This document shows, piece by piece, positions 29,844-33,779 of a stretch of DNA of 33,779 nt (position 1 is the stretch's first letter; every line of letters starts with the position of its first letter). This DNA is from Macrostomum lignano (Eukaryota). Made by a program: the position numbers and the translations under genes. The notes beneath the pieces are model-generated. The model was not told where the DNA came from. It made no database searches and saw only the letters and a program-made list of their open reading frames with translations. The DNA lies in NCBI GenBank assembly GCA_002269645.1, contig NIVC01001951.1, positions 1-33,779 of the forward strand, in the 5' to 3' direction.

Positions 29844-32800
29844 TTCTTCTTCTTCTTCTTCTTCTTCCACCTTTTTTTCGCCTCCCGGCGTAGGTGGCAC
29901 CCTGTGTCTCGGACGTTTCCTCTTCTTCTGTTACTCGCCGCATGCACTCTCTCGTGCCGTGCCATGTTGGTTGCTGACAGCCATCTCTTACAGTATCGAC
30001 ATTCTGCTCTCTTCCTTTTGTGGATCCTTGCTATCATTCTCGCCGCTTCGTCGTTCGTCTTCGGTCCTTCCATTGCATGGGGCTCCTCCGCGCACTTCTT
30101 CCTGTGTCTTGCGTAGTTAGTCTTACTGATCCACGTTTTACAGTCGTTACACTCTCTTCTTGTGCCTTCCGTCCTGCCTCCCGTGCACCATTTCTCGTGA
30201 TTCTTTCTTGTCGCTTCCGTTCTGAACTCGCTGTTGCATCTCTCGCATCTCATTCTTATGCCCGTATCGGTCTTGTGCATTCTTTTCTGGTGGATGGCTA
30301 AGCCTCCTCTCGATCTGCATACTTTTCCGCAGTTCTTTTCCCAACACCTGAAACCTGTCAGTTCGTTTTCATCCATTTGAGTGCTGTTGAGCTGGTTTTG
30401 TTCCTCTCGTCCTTCGTCGTCTCTTTCTGCACCTTTGCATCTCAGCCGTTCGATCTTTTCCCACTCGACGTCTCTTTTCCTGATGATCTCTTTCCACTTG
30501 ATCTTGTCGTTCGCGTATTGTCCTACCTTGAGTGGGTCGAGTTTTGTTTTCCGGACCAGCTTTTTCCAGTAGGTGATAATTGTAGTTCTTCTCTTCTTCG
30601 GTCTTCTTATTTTCTCTATCCTTTTATTCCATCCCATCACGCAGATCTTTGTGAGGCTGGTATCCGGTAGTCTTAGGACGTGACCCATTCGTCTCCAGTG
30701 TGCGATCTCAATTTTTCTCTGGATACTTTTAATTCCAAGAGATCGTCTTACGTCCCACATGTTCACTTGCTTTTCTTCCATTTCACGTAGAGGTTCCTTG
30801 GTTTTACTGCTCCAGATAAAGCGGTAGCATTTGTCTATTGTTCTTTGCAGTTGATTTACTTCGCCTTGCTTGAACGGTCTCGCCCCTGCGTTGAACGTCA
30901 TCGTGCTTTCCACACATGCCTCTATCACTCTCGCCTGGGTTCGTTTACTCAATCTTGTTCTCCTGAGTCTTTTCTTGACTTTAGCCTATGCGTTTGTTGC
31001 TCTTTGCAGTCTCTGGTGGATGTCTTCTTTGCTGCCAAGCCATACACCCAACATCCGGATCTTATTACTTTCCTCTGTTCCCAAAATTGCTGTCTCTTCT
31101 TTCTCATCGTTCGTTCTCTCTTCCAACCATCCCATGACTTCCTTCACCGTCTTTGTACCTTCCTCGATCTCCTTCTTCTCGCCTATCACTGTGGTGTCGT
31201 CTGCGAAAAGTGACCAGGTGATCCGTGTGGTGATTGATTCTTCCGTGAACTGGTAGTTTCTCTGTGGGGGCAGGTCATTGCGTGGTAGGTATGTCCATTC
31301 GATACCTATTTCCAGACCCTCGCTTGCTGCTTTGATTTTTCTTTCGGTCTCGGCTGCTCGCATGACCGCCTGGTGGTAGATATTGAAAAGCACTGGCGAG
31401 GTCGCACATCCTTCTCGCAGTCCTCTCTGGGGAAAGAATGTCTGGCTGTTCTCGTCCTCGGTGTGTATCTTGTAGGCGGTGTTTTCGTGCAGGTCTTTAA
31501 GTTTATCAATCATCTTCTCTGGCATCCCGTGGTGTGCCAACAGTTTCCATAATGCTGGCTTATTCACTCTTGGGTAGGCTTTTTCAGGTTTTTCCTCGTT
31601 GTTTTCGTCGTTTTCTTCACTTTCCTCGTTCTCCGTGTTTGCTCGTGCTTCCCTCATCAGTGTTGCGTCTTCTTGGAGTCTCAGGATAATCTGGGTGGCG
31701 TCCATTGTCGATCTGTTACGCCTGAAGCCTGCTTGATTTTCGTCTAGGCACTCGGTTTCCTCCGCCGACTTGTTAATTCGGGTTGCGATTATTCTCGCCA
31801 GTATTCTGCTTGTGATTGGAAGTAGGCATACTCCTCGGTAATTGTTCAGATTCTTTTTGTCACCCTTCTTATGCAGAGGGATTATTAGACCAAGTTTTTG
31901 GCTCTCTCTCCACTTCTTTGCTGGTTCTTCCCAGAGTCTCGTAATCTCGGTGAAACATTCTTCTTTTACGGTTTCGTTTGCCGCCCTGGTGTAGATTTGT
32001 CTAACTTCATCCTCTCCGGGTGCTCCATTCTTCATCTTGTTCAACTCTCTCTCGAATTCTGTCTTAGTGATGGGTTCGATCAGGGCTGTGTTTGCTATCC
32101 TTCGCACTTCTTCGGTCACTTGAGGCTTTTCAAGCGCGTCAATCCTGGTCATCATGGTCGTTGGGTCGTTCTCGAAGCGATCTTTCTGCACTAATTCGAG
32201 GTGTTCTTTGAAATCGCTTGCACTGAACAGATCTTTCCCCCTGCTTTGGTTTTGGTTTCCCATCTCCGTTATACCCATTTCTTTGAGGTTTTCGTACATC
32301 CCTGCGATATTTCCTTTCTCGCAATTTTCTTTGCACTTTTGAGCAAGTCTGTCCCACCAGTCCTCCTCCCACTGCGTAAGTTTCTCGTTCTTCTTCCTTT
32401 TCTCACGGAGTTCTTGCTTCTTTGTTTCCAGGTTTCTTCTGTCTTCTTCGCTTCGCGTTTCTAGCCATCTGCGGTTTGCTTCGTTTCTCTCCTTCAGTGC
32501 GTCTTTGATGCCTAAGTTAAGTACCCTTAGTTCACCTTCCTTCCCGGCAAGCCATGGGTTTGTTTGTCTTTTCTTGATTCCGCATACGGCCTCTGCTGTC
32601 TTCACTAGGTTTGCCTCCATTGTTTCCCATTGGTTCTCTCTTGTTTTCTGGTACGTTTCTTTTGCGAATCTTTCTCGTATTTCAACTTCTCTGAGTTTTT
32701 CCCATTCGATCCTCTTCCTCTTTTGCTTCTTTATCGCTGTCGCCTTGTTCTTCTTGATGATCTTCTTGATTTGTTTCGTCAAGTTCGGGTGTATCCAAAG

Positions 32801-33779
32801 GACCTTCGGTAGGTGATCTGATAGCTTCGGGCTGTGGTCCGTGTACACTTTTCTCACGGTCTTGTGCCTCTGGTCTTTTCTTACCAGGAAACCGTCCAGT
32901 TCGTACCATCTCTTCGTTTTTGGGTGTTTCCAAGTGCCCCCTTCTTTTGCTTGAAAAAGGAGCTTGTCCATACCAGGTTCCACTCTTCCATCCATAGCAT
33001 TAAATCTATTCCTTGTTCGTTAGCCGTTTGCATGTTACATTTTCCTATGCAGCTGAACGGGGTACCAGATTTCGGGTTCATTCTTGTGTTGTTGCTTCCT
33101 ACTGATGCATTGAAGTCGCCCCCGATGAAAATGGCTTTCTTTTGTCTTACCGTTGTCATGAGTCTTTCGAGTTCATTCCGTATTTCTGAGGTTGTCTTGT
33201 CGTAGCCTTCGACGCCTTTGACTGGTTGGTATACCGAGATTAGTATGCAGTCACCTAATTCAATTGCCAGGCTTCTTTCTTGTGGATGCATCTTCCTTCC
33301 TTCTTTTAACCACAATAGCCATGCTGGTTCTGATAGTAGGATTCCTACTCTTCCGGAGTGAATTAAGTGGCTTGTTCCTTTGTTAGTCCTATACTCCCTG
33401 ATTCCCACTTTGGTTTCTTGGGTTTCCGTGATTAAGGTAATTTGCCATTTATAGGCTGTCTTACGATTTCGCCAAACCTTGCCGATCCGATGTTGGCTCG
33501 CTGTACATTCCAGGTTGCAATCTTTATCCTTGCTTCTTTCCATTCCGATTCTGCTTCTTCGGTTTTCTGTTTTATTTGTTTTTCTTTTCTTTTCTTTCTT
33601 CTTAGTGTTCTCCTCTTATTTCTTGCTCTTCTTTGATCTGCGTTCCTAGGTCCTGGATTATTCTCAATGGTGCACAGGTCCTTCTCAATCCTTGTCTTAA
33701 CGATCTCTCCGATTCTTTTCCTAGTTCTCCTTCCTCTTCCTCGTCCGAGTTGGCACTAGGGTGCCTCACTTTTTTGTTG
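29844..33779 (-). mobile_element. RTE-like LINE with (GAA)8 tail, inserted in the R2-like ORF; 5' end off-window
   Basis: APE (IATWNVQR, ITE, GGDFNA, LDGF, SDH), RT (NYRGVCLL, QAGFR, GLREG, LFADD) and C-terminal C2H2-like fingers; tail at 29844-29867. Contains an in-frame TAG at 30986 and frameshifts. Confidence 0.85.
33648..33680 (-). other. 2A-like motif DLCTIENNPGP upstream of the RTE endonuclease
   Basis: In frame with KIATWNVQR. Thr replaces the consensus Asp. Confidence 0.5.

Overview
Eukaryotic, probably invertebrate, DNA made almost entirely of nested retrotransposons, with no confident host gene. Left to right: the 5' half of a Jockey/I-group-like LINE (A); a Ty3/Gypsy element (gag, PR-RT-RH-INT, plus an extra 3' ORF) carrying three younger inserts (a tRNA-derived SINE, a 131-bp hammerhead-like hairpin element and a 3-LTR tandem TRIM); a decayed LINE (C) whose ORF1 is split by an intact Ingi-like LINE and two solo LTRs; an 18-bp minisatellite; another LINE 5' end (E); an R2-like RT fragment; and an RTE-like LINE. 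Most nested inserts were delimited by eye from target-site duplications (TSDs), and removing them restores the host reading frames. All 10 orientable elements lie on the minus strand, as expected for a uni-strand piRNA-cluster-like TE trap. Highlights are an HDV-like ribozyme fold, an AUG-less leader, a 2A motif and three PHD fingers at the Ingi-like 5' end; a second 2A-like motif in the RTE; and a gag-pol -1 frameshift signal. All calls come from manual reading, without database searches or folding programs.
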